Positions 25,424 to 34,566 of a stretch of 63,824 nt of DNA are shown here, in pieces; position 1 is the stretch's first letter; each line of letters starts with the position of its first letter. Under the pieces are notes generated by a model. That model searched no databases, was not told the origin of the DNA, and saw nothing but the letters and a program-made list of their open reading frames with translations. The stretch comes from a candidate division WS1 bacterium (GTDB lineage: Bacteria > Armatimonadota > Zipacnadia > Zipacnadales > Zipacnadaceae): contig JAAYIR010000089.1 in the NCBI GenBank assembly GCA_012523355.1, positions 1 through 63,824 on the forward strand, given 5' to 3'. The translations under genes were made by a program, and so were the position numbers.

Positions 25424-26405
25424 CCAGATGCCACATTCTCAAGTCCCAGACGCACCTCCACGGCCCTTCCGCCAGGGGGTGACCCCGCAGCAGGCGCGCT
25501 GCCTGAGCCACGGTCTCGCAACTGGCCAGGAGACTATGCACCCGACCCGTCCTCCAGAAGAACTCGGAGTTGCTCGCTGCCAGGACAGCCTCCAGGCCTC
25601 GCTCCACGGCTTGACAGCAGTCACCCCCGCGATAGTCCGTGCGCTGCGAAAACTCAACTACCATCTGCATGCCGTCCATGTGTGAGTAGACGGGAGCGCG
25701 CGTACCTTCCTGGAAGAACAGACCGTTCTCATCCTGCTCATGCAAGACCCAGTCAATATACAAGGGTAGCTCCGGAACCTCGCGTCCAGCGGCGTACCAG
25801 GCGAACAAATTGTGAAAGGCGTCCTTGAGAATCATCTGAGCCGCTGCGGGAGGGTGCTGCGCCCTCACCTGTTGGAAAGCGACGCGGTCGGGAATGAAGT
25901 GTTCTCTACACTCGCTTAGCGCCTGAAAAAAGGTGGCCTCGAAGTCGTCGAACGGGTACCGCCCTCTGGCCGAACCGAACCAGATGATCGCGAGGTGCAT
26001 GAAGTCTCTTCCCGCGCATATCCAGTCCCGCATCTTCTCGGGCGTATCCCAGACCTTCAGGAAGGAGGCCCTAAAGGCAGGTTGGGCGTGCAGGGCGTTC
26101 AGAGCTCTGAGCACCAGCCCAAAAAGCCAAGGCTGCACCCTCAGAGGCGTCACCCAGGCCGATCCATCATCCTGAAACCACCCGGTCGCGGCGTCTTGGA
26201 AAGAGTTGAGGTACCCAGCCCAAGCGGCCAAGTCGTACCCCTCGAGTCCGCCAGTGCTGTACAGAATTAGCGCTGCATCGCAACTAGCCGCCAACGAGGC
26301 GCCCAGTCCCTGCCGGGCGCGATAGCCAAACACACCCTGCTCCGGCGCCCGGAAGCGGGATAGCTCTTCCCACACCTGGTTACGCAAATCATCGGCTGGT
26401 ATCAA
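25401..26405 (-). CDS. Hypothetical protein (possibly an alpha/alpha-toroid, prenyltransferase/terpene-cyclase-like repeat fold)
   Basis: 334-aa ORF with a TTG start. Aromatic/Gly-rich repeat-like segments (e.g. AALILYSTGGLEGYD...GWFQDDG). No catalytic motif recognised. Confidence 0.5.
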   Translation of the reverse strand: MIPADDLRNQVWEELSRFRAPEQGVFGYRARQGLGASLAASCDAALILYSTGGLEGYDLAAWAGYLNSFQDAATGWFQDDGSAWVTPLRVQPWLFGLVLRALNALHAQPAFRASFLKVWDTPEKMRDWICAGRDFMHLAIIWFGSARGRYPFDDFEATFFQALSECREHFIPDRVAFQQVRAQHPPAAAQMILKDAFHNLFAWYAAGREVPELPLYIDWVLHEQDENGLFFQEGTRAPVYSHMDGMQMVVEFSQRTDYRGGDCCQAVERGLEAVLAASNSEFFWRTGRVHSLLASCETVAQAARLLRGHPLAEGPWRCVWDLRMWHLGETHFLG

Positions 26406-26497
26406 TTACCCGCGGATCAGACGTCCAGGCAGCCCGTCCGACCCGACCTCAACTCATCTTCTTCAGGTCTGAAGTCTATGCCTGGCGCCCCAGTCCG

Positions 26498-27070
26498 TCA
26501 AGTCGAGAGCCATGCTCCTCGCACGGCGGCGGCTACTGCCTGAGCCAGAATCCGGTAGCCCCCTTCGGTGAAGTGCGTCCCGTCCTCGCAGACCAGGCTG
26601 TCCTTACCCCTGTCGCTCACCACCCGGTGCAGATCGTTCACCTGCACCCCCGCGGCGCGTACGACCTCCAGCGCGGCGGCATTGTAGGCCGCCACATCTT
26701 CGCTGCGGCGGATGAACTCTCCCTCCGGCGTAAAGCACTCGTCTCGCACCGGCGTCGTCGTCGCCCAGATCAGCCGCCCGGAGAACTCTGCCCGCAGCAG
26801 GGCCAGTAATGCTCGCAGGTTCCTCACATATTCCCCCAACTTCGTCTGATGCGCTTCCCGCTCCGTGTAGTACCGCAGGTCGTGCAGCCCACAGTTGAGG
26901 TGCACCACCTCTGCCCCTGGATCACTTTGCCCGGCCTCCAGCGCCTGCAGAAAGGAGGCGCTGGTCCCGATCCCCACCGAGTCCACCTCCCAGCCTGCCT
27001 CCGCCAGTAGTTCCTGCACGAAGGGGAAGTACCCACGGGAGATAGAATCGCCAAACAGCTGAAGCTTCAT
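26498..27070 (-). CDS. SGNH/GDSL-family hydrolase
   Basis: MKLQLFGDSISRGY (GDS block I), a NCGLHD block, and a C-terminal DGTHFT (DxxH) block. Confidence 0.8.
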   Translation of the reverse strand: MKLQLFGDSISRGYFPFVQELLAEAGWEVDSVGIGTSASFLQALEAGQSDPGAEVVHLNCGLHDLRYYTEREAHQTKLGEYVRNLRALLALLRAEFSGRLIWATTTPVRDECFTPEGEFIRRSEDVAAYNAAALEVVRAAGVQVNDLHRVVSDRGKDSLVCEDGTHFTEGGYRILAQAVAAAVRGAWLST

Positions 27071-27084
27071 TCTGCCGTCCCCTC

Positions 27085-28113
27085 TCAGAAAGGTGCATAC
27101 CGGTTCGCGCACTCCCGGAACCTCTCACGCACTTGTTCGGGCCTCGCGGTACCCGTGGTCCCCAGTTGTTGCACCGTGACGGAGGCCGCCAGGTTTCCCA
27201 CAATCGCCGCTTCCACCGGACTCGCCCCCGCGCAGAGACTGAGAGTGAGGGCCGCCGCAGCGCTATCCCCCGCCCCAACGATATCCACGGGCCCGCTCAC
27301 CGGTGCCGCGGGCACAGCCACCGCCTCTTCTGCGGTGCACACCATCATGCCCTCGAGCCCGCAGGTCAGGAACACAGGCCGCCCGCTCTGCCGACTCAGG
27401 CTCTGTCCCAGCGCTGCATCCTCCGCGACCGCCTCTCGCTCCAGGGCTGCTCTCGCCTCCTCGCGGTTAGGCTTGAGCATAACCTCCCGAAACTCCCCGG
27501 CCCGTACCCGCGAGTCCACAAGAATGACCAGCTCCGGCCGCTCGGCTCCCAGCCGCGCCAAGGCCTCGCGCACGCGGTCGGTGATGACTCCGCAGTTGCG
27601 CTCCTGAACCTGGTCGGCTATTACCAAAGCCTTCGCCCGGGTCACCACCTCGTGCAGGTCGGCCAGGACCGTCTCCTCCGCCTCGCGTGACAGGGGCCGG
27701 CGGTTCTTGAGGTCGAGGCGATGCATCTCCCGTTCGCCGCCTCCGGGGAGCAGTTCCATGGGCTTGGTATAGGTTGGAGTAAGAAAGTCCGGGGTGCGGC
27801 GCAGGTAGTGCAGCGCCACGCCCTGCTCGGCGAGCCCCTGGCGCAGTTCATAGCCCGCGCCATCGTCCCCGGTCAGACCGACAGCGTATAGACGCCCGGC
27901 GCCCAGCGCGGCGAGGTTGTTCACTACCGTCCCCGCGGCGCCTGGACTCTGGCGCACTCCTACGACCTGGAAGGCCTCCTTGCCCGTCTCGAGGGAGGTC
28001 TCGCTGACCGCGCGGTCCACCACGAGGTACTTGTCCAGGAAGAAATCCCCCACCACGGCCACGGAAAGGTCGGGGAAGCGGCCGAGTATCTTGTCGAGGC
28101 AAGTGCTGGTCAT
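27085..28113 (-). CDS. PfkB-family carbohydrate kinase (RfaE domain-I / heptose-7-phosphate-kinase-like)
   Basis: VAVVGDFFLDKY N-terminal motif and the C-terminal DIVGAGDSAAA PfkB signature. Confidence 0.85.
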   Translation of the reverse strand: MTSTCLDKILGRFPDLSVAVVGDFFLDKYLVVDRAVSETSLETGKEAFQVVGVRQSPGAAGTVVNNLAALGAGRLYAVGLTGDDGAGYELRQGLAEQGVALHYLRRTPDFLTPTYTKPMELLPGGGEREMHRLDLKNRRPLSREAEETVLADLHEVVTRAKALVIADQVQERNCGVITDRVREALARLGAERPELVILVDSRVRAGEFREVMLKPNREEARAALEREAVAEDAALGQSLSRQSGRPVFLTCGLEGMMVCTAEEAVAVPAAPVSGPVDIVGAGDSAAAALTLSLCAGASPVEAAIVGNLAASVTVQQLGTTGTARPEQVRERFRECANRYAPF

Positions 28114-28166
28114 GGTAGCCACCAGCGCGAACACTCCACCGACCGGAGGGCCCTGCCCCCCTTGTC

Positions 28167-29126
28167 CTACCCCTGCAGCTTTCGGTACAGGTGCGGCAGG
28201 GTGAGACGGTGATCCGCGCAAAGGTAGTGACTCTTTCCGCCGTCGGCCACGGTGCGTAGCAGGATGGTCTTCCAGGGACGGAAGTAGTAACCGGGGTCCG
28301 CCTTGGAGGCTTCGCGCCTGTTGTAGTCCTCCGGGAGTGGGATCAGATCAAACACTGCCGTCGTGAAGTGGCAGATCTTCTCGCCCTGTTGATGCGCCAC
28401 GTTGCGCGCCATAGAAAGCGCCTTCAGATACACTTCCGGCCCCATCACCGCCGTGCCGTAGTTGAGGAACACCCCGCCCTCCAACTGGCTCACCGTATGG
28501 GTGAATACGAGGAAGTCCGTGTACGACGCGGCCCCGATCGCGCACCCGTCGGCGTTAGGGTGCTCGTGAATGATATCCTGCCCAATACCGACATGCAGGG
28601 TGGCGGGAACCCGCTGTCGGTAGGCAGCGGCGAACACGCTCAGGTCGCGATAGGGGAAGTCGCTCTCGGCAACGGCGCGTCCCACCGCCTCCCCCAGACC
28701 GATGCCGTCCGCCGCCGCGCTCTGGGCGATATCGTTGAGCTCCCCGGTCTCCTGCCACAGCCCGAACTGCCCGGCCATGATGTACTTGGCGACACTCTCG
28801 GAGGTCCCGCCATGCCGCGCCAGCTCGTAGTCGTGAATGGAGCACGCGCCGTTACCCGCCAGATGGGTCACCCAGCCTTGTTCCATCAGACTGATGATGA
28901 ACCGGCTGAGCCCCTGCTTGAGCACGTGCGCGCCCATCATCAAGATGACCGGACGATGCTTAGCCCGCGCCTCCCGTACGGCTGCGGCCACTGCGTCCAG
29001 CTCCGGGCTCGCGAGGGGCGAAACCTCCGCATCGAGCGGCAGCAGGTCCGGGGGATGAATGTCGCTTACCCGCTCGGCGAGGGGCAGAAGCTTGATCTTA
29101 CTGCGGTCGAACTGTGGATAAGGCAT
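28167..29126 (-). CDS. Conserved hypothetical protein (possibly deoxyhypusine-synthase-like fold)
   Basis: 319-aa ORF, with its stop abutting... more precisely its start abuts the upstream HAD gene stop with no gap. ILMMGAHVLKQGL...HLAGNGACSIHDYE resembles DHS-like family proteins from memory; unverified. Confidence 0.5.
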   Translation of the reverse strand: MPYPQFDRSKIKLLPLAERVSDIHPPDLLPLDAEVSPLASPELDAVAAAVREARAKHRPVILMMGAHVLKQGLSRFIISLMEQGWVTHLAGNGACSIHDYELARHGGTSESVAKYIMAGQFGLWQETGELNDIAQSAAADGIGLGEAVGRAVAESDFPYRDLSVFAAAYRQRVPATLHVGIGQDIIHEHPNADGCAIGAASYTDFLVFTHTVSQLEGGVFLNYGTAVMGPEVYLKALSMARNVAHQQGEKICHFTTAVFDLIPLPEDYNRREASKADPGYYFRPWKTILLRTVADGGKSHYLCADHRLTLPHLYRKLQG

Positions 29127-29984
29127 TCAAAGCTCCCCCCAGAGATAGGCTATGAGATTCTCATATTCCTGGAAGTCCGGAACGATGATATCGGCGCCCA
29201 CCCCCGCCAGGCGCCGACGCTTCCATTCATCCAGATGGCCCGGATGCTTCTCGTCCACGGCCACGCCAATCGCCACCCCGCCGACTCGCTTGGTTTCCTC
29301 GATCTCCACGAACCCATCCCCGGCCCCCAGAAGCTCGTCGCCCTGCAAGTTGTTGTCGCGGATCAGGCGCTCGATGACCATGGCCTTCGAGCAATCAAGC
29401 AGGTCCTCGGTAGCTCCATAGATGTGCCCGTTGGCGTATTGTGCTACTCCCAGAGCCGTCGCCTCGTCAATGACATTGGGTTGATCGGTCCCACTGGCGA
29501 TGAACAGGTTCACTCCCCGCTGGTGGAGTGCCTTCAACATGTCCAGCGCCCCGGGAACCATGTGGTCCTCCGGCCGCAAGGCCCCGCTTTTGAGTCCTTC
29601 CACACGGTCCTTGATCCGCTCCCAGAGCAGATCCAGGTACATCTCCTTGTACTCGCCAGCCGACAGAGCCTTGCCGCCCCGCGCCTGGATCTCCTGCTCG
29701 AAGCGCATCATCTGATAGATGGTTTGCTTGCCGGTGAGCACGGTGACAAATTCTGTCACCAGCGCGGTGAGGTCCTCTTCGGTCTCTTCCCGTCGCATGT
29801 ACTGCCGCAGGATATCCACCATCATGGGGATCATCACCTGCTGCCAGCCCTCACGAATCAGCGACACCGTACCGTCAAAGTCAAAGAGCGCAAAGGGCTT
29901 GGGCCCCTTGGGCAGCGAGGGGTTGAGCACCTCAATCCGGGTGCCGGGCAGAAGGGTTCCGGTTATGCCATCGAATTCAGTCAT
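29127..29984 (-). CDS. HAD-superfamily hydrolase
   Basis: FDFDGTV (motif I), ASGT (motif II region) and GDGFVE (motif IV-like). The ATG at 29984 overlaps the mnmA stop by 8 nt. Confidence 0.75.
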   Translation of the reverse strand: MTEFDGITGTLLPGTRIEVLNPSLPKGPKPFALFDFDGTVSLIREGWQQVMIPMMVDILRQYMRREETEEDLTALVTEFVTVLTGKQTIYQMMRFEQEIQARGGKALSAGEYKEMYLDLLWERIKDRVEGLKSGALRPEDHMVPGALDMLKALHQRGVNLFIASGTDQPNVIDEATALGVAQYANGHIYGATEDLLDCSKAMVIERLIRDNNLQGDELLGAGDGFVEIEETKRVGGVAIGVAVDEKHPGHLDEWKRRRLAGVGADIIVPDFQEYENLIAYLWGEL

Positions 29985-31071
29985 GAGATAGGTACGGGTC
30001 AGCTCCCTCCTCCGTAATAATCCCGCCCCCCAGCAGCAGGTCGCGCTGGTAAAATACCGCGGCCTGGCCGGGGGCCACTGCCTGCTCATGCGCAGCTAGC
30101 TCTAGCTGCGCCCTTGCGCCCTCCAGCGCGGTCACCGTCCCCGCTACAGGCTGTCCCCGGTAGCGCACCTCCACCTCGGCCTCTACCGTCTCCCCTACCG
30201 CGGGAGGTCGCCGTGAAAGCCAGTTGACGTCTTCCAGGAGCACCACGCGCCGGGCCAGGGCTGTTCGCGGCCCCACCACCAATCGGTTCTCGTCTGTGTC
30301 CTTCGCAATCACAAACAGCGGCTCACCCCCACCGATCCCCAGCCCCCTCCGCTGCCCGACGGTATAGGCCGCCAAACCCTCATGCTCGCCCAAAACACGT
30401 CCCTGCCGGTCCACGACCAGTCCCGGCGCAAAAGGAACGCGCTCCCGCAGGAAGGCCTGGAGGTCTCCTTGTGAGAGGAAGCAGATATCCTGACTTTCCG
30501 GTACCTCCGCGGCCGGCAGATCGAGTTGCATCGCCCATTGCCGGACTTCGTCCTTGGAAAGGCTACCCAGGGGCAGCAGCGTCCGAGCCAAGGTCTCCTG
30601 AGACAGCCCGTACAGCACATAGGACTGATCCTTGCTCCGGTCCACGCCCCGCTTCAGCAACCAACGCCCGCCACCCTCTTCTACCTGGGCGTAGTGGCCG
30701 GTGGCCAGGTACTCGCAGTCTTGGGCCTCGGCATAGCTCAGCAACTCTCCCCATTTAACCACCCCGTTGCACATTAGGCAAGGGTTCGGGGTGCGTCCGG
30801 CGGCGTAAGCGGCCACAAAAGGCTCCACTACTGAACGGTAGAACACGGCCGTAAGGTCGAGGACGCGGTGGGAGATTCCCAACTTGTGACAGACCTTCTG
30901 AGCGCGATGCGCCGTCTCCACCTCGCCAGATGGTGTCTCCCCGGCCCGGGTCCCGGACAGGTCCGGAAGCTGCATGGTGACGCCCGCAACCTGGTGTCCC
31001 TGCTCTAACAGCCTTGCCGCCGCGACGCTAGAATCTACGCCGCCACTCATGGCCACCATGACTCGGGGCAT
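29977..31071 (-). CDS. mnmA: tRNA 2-thiouridine(34) synthase
   Basis: VAMSGGVDSSVAA PP-loop, NPCLMCN, ATGHYA and DQSY motifs. Confidence 0.95.
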   Translation of the reverse strand: MPRVMVAMSGGVDSSVAAARLLEQGHQVAGVTMQLPDLSGTRAGETPSGEVETAHRAQKVCHKLGISHRVLDLTAVFYRSVVEPFVAAYAAGRTPNPCLMCNGVVKWGELLSYAEAQDCEYLATGHYAQVEEGGGRWLLKRGVDRSKDQSYVLYGLSQETLARTLLPLGSLSKDEVRQWAMQLDLPAAEVPESQDICFLSQGDLQAFLRERVPFAPGLVVDRQGRVLGEHEGLAAYTVGQRRGLGIGGGEPLFVIAKDTDENRLVVGPRTALARRVVLLEDVNWLSRRPPAVGETVEAEVEVRYRGQPVAGTVTALEGARAQLELAAHEQAVAPGQAAVFYQRDLLLGGGIITEEGADPYLSHD

Positions 31072-31074
31072 CGT

Positions 31075-31644
31075 CTAGGCCACCCGTCGCGCGCGGACGA
31101 AGAAGTAGGCACGATAGAGCAGGTGGATGATCAGCAGCGCCAGGATATCCCACCAGATCTGCAGCGCCACCCAGGAGTCGGGGGCCGCGCCAGAAATGTG
31201 GACCTGCAGCGCTGTCATGATTGTCAGCACCCAGGCCGTGTTCCAGTGCGTGTAACTGCGCAGAAGGCGCTCCAGTGATTGCCGGTTCTCATCGGTCACC
31301 TGCGGCCAGGCACCGAGCCAACTGACCTCGAAGACAGAGACCGCATGCTGGCCAGGCTCCAGCACTAGCCCCATCAGTCGAGGCCGGTACAGATAGGTCA
31401 GAATCGGCAGCACCAGGAGCATCAGCCGAAGTGCAGCCTCCACACCGTCCGAAGCACGCACCACGCCCCACACGGTCAGCCCCACCAGCACAGGCACCAT
31501 GGCAATACTCAAGAGGTCCGGCGCAAAGGTCGGCCACACCGAAGTAGAACTCGCGGCCTCAGTTTCTGGCTCAGGCTCCTCTCTTCCGGACTCATCAGGC
31601 AGCGTCTCCAATAGCTCCTTGTCCATGGTTGCACCTCGAGGCAC
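31075..31644 (-). CDS. Hypothetical integral membrane protein
   Basis: Acidic N-terminus followed by four hydrophobic segments. Its stop lies 3 nt from the mnmA start. Start is ambiguous: GTG at 31644 or ATG at 31626. Confidence 0.55.
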   Translation of the reverse strand: MPRGATMDKELLETLPDESGREEPEPETEAASSTSVWPTFAPDLLSIAMVPVLVGLTVWGVVRASDGVEAALRLMLLVLPILTYLYRPRLMGLVLEPGQHAVSVFEVSWLGAWPQVTDENRQSLERLLRSYTHWNTAWVLTIMTALQVHISGAAPDSWVALQIWWDILALLIIHLLYRAYFFVRARRVA

Positions 31645-32029
31645 TCCACATTCTGTAACAGGGGCACGTTGACCATCTTGTCAGTCGCCCCGGCCTCAAC
31701 CCCCCACGTCCGCAGATACACACGGCCCTACGCCCTTGCAAGGCGCTCAACGCGCCGGATTACTCGCTCCCGGGTCTGCGTCCCAGAGCGGCATGCAAGC
31801 TCAAGTTGTGTACTTCTCCCTCCCCGGACCCAAGTCCTGCTAGAGTATCTGCCTGAGCAGACTGTAGTATCAGTCGTGTGCCCCATGGTCCCCGCATCGA
31901 GCAACAGCCCGCAGGGCGGACGTGGAACGACAGGAGGAAAGCGACCGGCACGTTGCCCCGCAAAGCCTTGACCTGCTCGTCATATGCCGCTAAGGTGTGC
32001 GGAGTAACGGGTCTAAGAAAGGGAACACG

Positions 32030-33205
32030 ATGATCTACCTCGACCACGCCGCAACTACTCCCGTAGCGCCGGAAGTCTTTGAGGCCATGGCGCCCTATCT
32101 GCAAGCCGAGTACGGCAATCCGTCCTCGTTCTATGCGCTGGCGCGCCAAGCGCGTGGGGCGATCCAGGAGGTGCGTGAGCGGCTCGCAATGTACCTCGGC
32201 GCCAACCCGCGGGAGATCATCTTCACGGGCAGCGGCTCGGAGGCCGATAATCTGGCCATCAAGGGGCTGGCCTGGCAGATGCGCGAGAAGGGGCGGCACA
32301 TCATCACCACGCAGATTGAGCACCATGCCGTGCTGCATTCCTGCCGGGCGCTCGAGAAGCAGGGATTTGAGGTCACCTACCTCCAGCCGGACCATTTTGG
32401 TGTGGTCACCACTGAGCAGGTGGCCGAGGCCATGCGGGAGGATACCATCCTGGTGACCATCATGCACTCCAACAACGAGGTCGGGACCATCGAGCCTATC
32501 TCGGAAATTGGTCAACTGTGCATGGAGCGCAAGGTGCGCCTGCATACGGATGCGGTGCAGTCCATGGGCAAGATGCCAGTCAAGGTCGAGGACCTGAACG
32601 TGGACCTGCTGGCCATCGCCGGCCACAAGTTCTACGCGCCCAAGGGCGTCGGCGCCCTGTACGTCCGCCGGGGCGTTAAGTTGCAGCCACTCATTGACGG
32701 CGGGGCGCAGGAGTTCCACAAGCGTGCCGGGACCGAGAACGTGGCCGGGATCGTAGCGCTCGGCAAGGCCGTGGAACTCCTGGAGCAGCAAGGTGAGGAG
32801 GACGTGGTTCGCATCACCCGACTTCGCGACAAGCTCGTGGCGGGCATACTGGAGCGCATTCCGGCGGTTGAGCCTACGGGCCACCCCGAGCAGCGCGTGT
32901 GCAACATCGCGAGTTTCTGCTTCAAGTACATCGAGGGCGAAGGCATCCTGCTCAGCCTCGACATGGAGGACATATGCGTGTCCAGCGGTTCAGCCTGCAC
33001 GAGCGCCTCGCTAGATCCCTCCCACGTACTGCTAGCCATGGGCTTCCCGCATGAGATCGCGCACGGTTCCATTCGCCTGAGCCTGGGCCGGTGGACAACT
33101 GAGGCTGAAATAGACCGCGTGCTGGAGGTCCTGCCCCCGGCAGTAGAGAGACTGCGTGAGATGTCTCCCCTATGGGCAGACGCGGTGGCTAAGGGAGAGG
33201 TGTAG
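32030..33205 (+). CDS. Cysteine desulfurase (NifS/IscS class I)
   Basis: IYLDHAATTP, the PLP-Lys motif GHKFYAPKG, the active-site loop SSGSACTS, and GSIRLSLG. Confidence 0.92.
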   Translation: MIYLDHAATTPVAPEVFEAMAPYLQAEYGNPSSFYALARQARGAIQEVRERLAMYLGANPREIIFTGSGSEADNLAIKGLAWQMREKGRHIITTQIEHHAVLHSCRALEKQGFEVTYLQPDHFGVVTTEQVAEAMREDTILVTIMHSNNEVGTIEPISEIGQLCMERKVRLHTDAVQSMGKMPVKVEDLNVDLLAIAGHKFYAPKGVGALYVRRGVKLQPLIDGGAQEFHKRAGTENVAGIVALGKAVELLEQQGEEDVVRITRLRDKLVAGILERIPAVEPTGHPEQRVCNIASFCFKYIEGEGILLSLDMEDICVSSGSACTSASLDPSHVLLAMGFPHEIAHGSIRLSLGRWTTEAEIDRVLEVLPPAVERLREMSPLWADAVAKGEV

Positions 33206-33383
33206 CTCCGCAGTTCGTCCTGCCCACTCGCACAGACACATGAGACGGATGTCAAGCGCGAAGGGGAAGCGCGCGCCTCGGGTGCTGTGTAATACCCCCG
33301 CCATGCGGCCCTTCTGCCTTGAAGGAATCTTTCCTTGGTCTGTCGAAAGCGCTCCCGTTTGCGAATCTACTAACGGAGAGACA

Positions 33384-34556
33384 ATGATGCCACCAGACTT
33401 CCCCTCACTCGATACGTGGATACTAGCCGGCCAGTCCAACATGCAAGGCGTGGGCCTGCTCTCCGAAGCCCTCTCCCCCGATGACCGGGTTTGGGCCTTC
33501 AGCATGGCCGGCAAGTGGGAGCCAGCCCAGGACCCGCTGCATCCCCTCTGGCTGAGCTGCCAGCCCGTTCACCAGGAGCTGAGGCGCCCCAACCTGCCTC
33601 CGGAACAGCAGGGTCTCTCCAACGAGGAGCTACACAAGCTGTCCACCGCGGTCTGTGGTGCCGGGCTAGGCCTCTCCTTCGGCAAGGCCATGGCCGACGC
33701 GCTGGGAACGCCGGTGGGGCTCCTCCCGGCGGCGCACGGTGGGACCTCGCTTGATCAGTGGAGTCCTTCGCTTAAAGAACACGGCGGGCACAGTCTCTAC
33801 GGCGCGATGCTGCAGAGCGTCAAGGCCGCCGGGGCCCCCCTCCGCGGCTTGCTCTGGTACCAGGGGGAGTCAGACGCCTTGGCCGACCAGGGCCAGACCT
33901 ACGGCGAAAGGTTGGCGGCCTGGATCACCGCGCTCCGGGAGGACCTGGGCCTACCTGATCTCCCGGTGCTGCTCGTGCAGCTCGGCAATTTCGTGAGCAC
34001 CGACCGCGGCACGGAACATGCCTGGGACCTGGTCCGGGAGGCGCTGGCGGAGTTACCGATGCAAGTGCCCTTCACAGCCGTGACCACTGCCGCTGACTTG
34101 CCGCTCAATGACATCATCCACGTTGACGCGGGCGGCCTGATCCGGCTGGGACGGCGCCTGGCGCGGCAGGCTCTACACCTCGCTGGCCACGCCGAATATG
34201 CCTCGGGACCGGTCCTCCAGTCGCTGGAGCCTGCTACCTGGCCAAACGGGCTGGCGACAGTCCGTGTCCATTGTAGCGGCCTCACTGGCGCCTGGCATCC
34301 AGAGAAGATCTTTGGCTTTTCGACCTGGACGGGGGCCGGGGAACCGCATCCCAGCTTATCCGTAGTAAGCGCTTCGCCCGATCCCAATGATCCTGCCGTC
34401 ATCCGCGTGCTCCTGACCGTGACGCCAGGGGACCCGGCCTTGGCCGAGGCACGCCTGGGTTATGGCCTGGGCCTGGATCCCTGCTGCAATGCGGTGGACG
34501 ACGCGGACATGCCTTTGTGCAGCTTCCTGCCCCGCCCTCTGGACTGGAAGAGATAG
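33384..34556 (+). CDS. SASA-family carbohydrate esterase (sialate O-acetylesterase-like, DUF303)
   Basis: ILAGQSNMQG and LWYQGESD motifs. ATG at 33384 follows GGAGAG. Confidence 0.8.
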   Translation: MMPPDFPSLDTWILAGQSNMQGVGLLSEALSPDDRVWAFSMAGKWEPAQDPLHPLWLSCQPVHQELRRPNLPPEQQGLSNEELHKLSTAVCGAGLGLSFGKAMADALGTPVGLLPAAHGGTSLDQWSPSLKEHGGHSLYGAMLQSVKAAGAPLRGLLWYQGESDALADQGQTYGERLAAWITALREDLGLPDLPVLLVQLGNFVSTDRGTEHAWDLVREALAELPMQVPFTAVTTAADLPLNDIIHVDAGGLIRLGRRLARQALHLAGHAEYASGPVLQSLEPATWPNGLATVRVHCSGLTGAWHPEKIFGFSTWTGAGEPHPSLSVVSASPDPNDPAVIRVLLTVTPGDPALAEARLGYGLGLDPCCNAVDDADMPLCSFLPRPLDWKR

Positions 34557-34566
34557 GAGATTCATA

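Noticed and set aside
28368-30017. 549-aa plus-strand ORF.
   Set aside because: It is antisense to the HAD and DHS-like genes. The translation is low-complexity and Arg/His/Pro-rich, with no motifs. The opposite strand carries recognisable HAD motifs.
31760-32884. 374-aa minus-strand ORF.
   Set aside because: It is antisense to the cysteine desulfurase gene, which carries unmistakable PLP and active-site motifs. It is a typical GC-rich shadow ORF with Arg/Gly/His-rich, motif-less translation.
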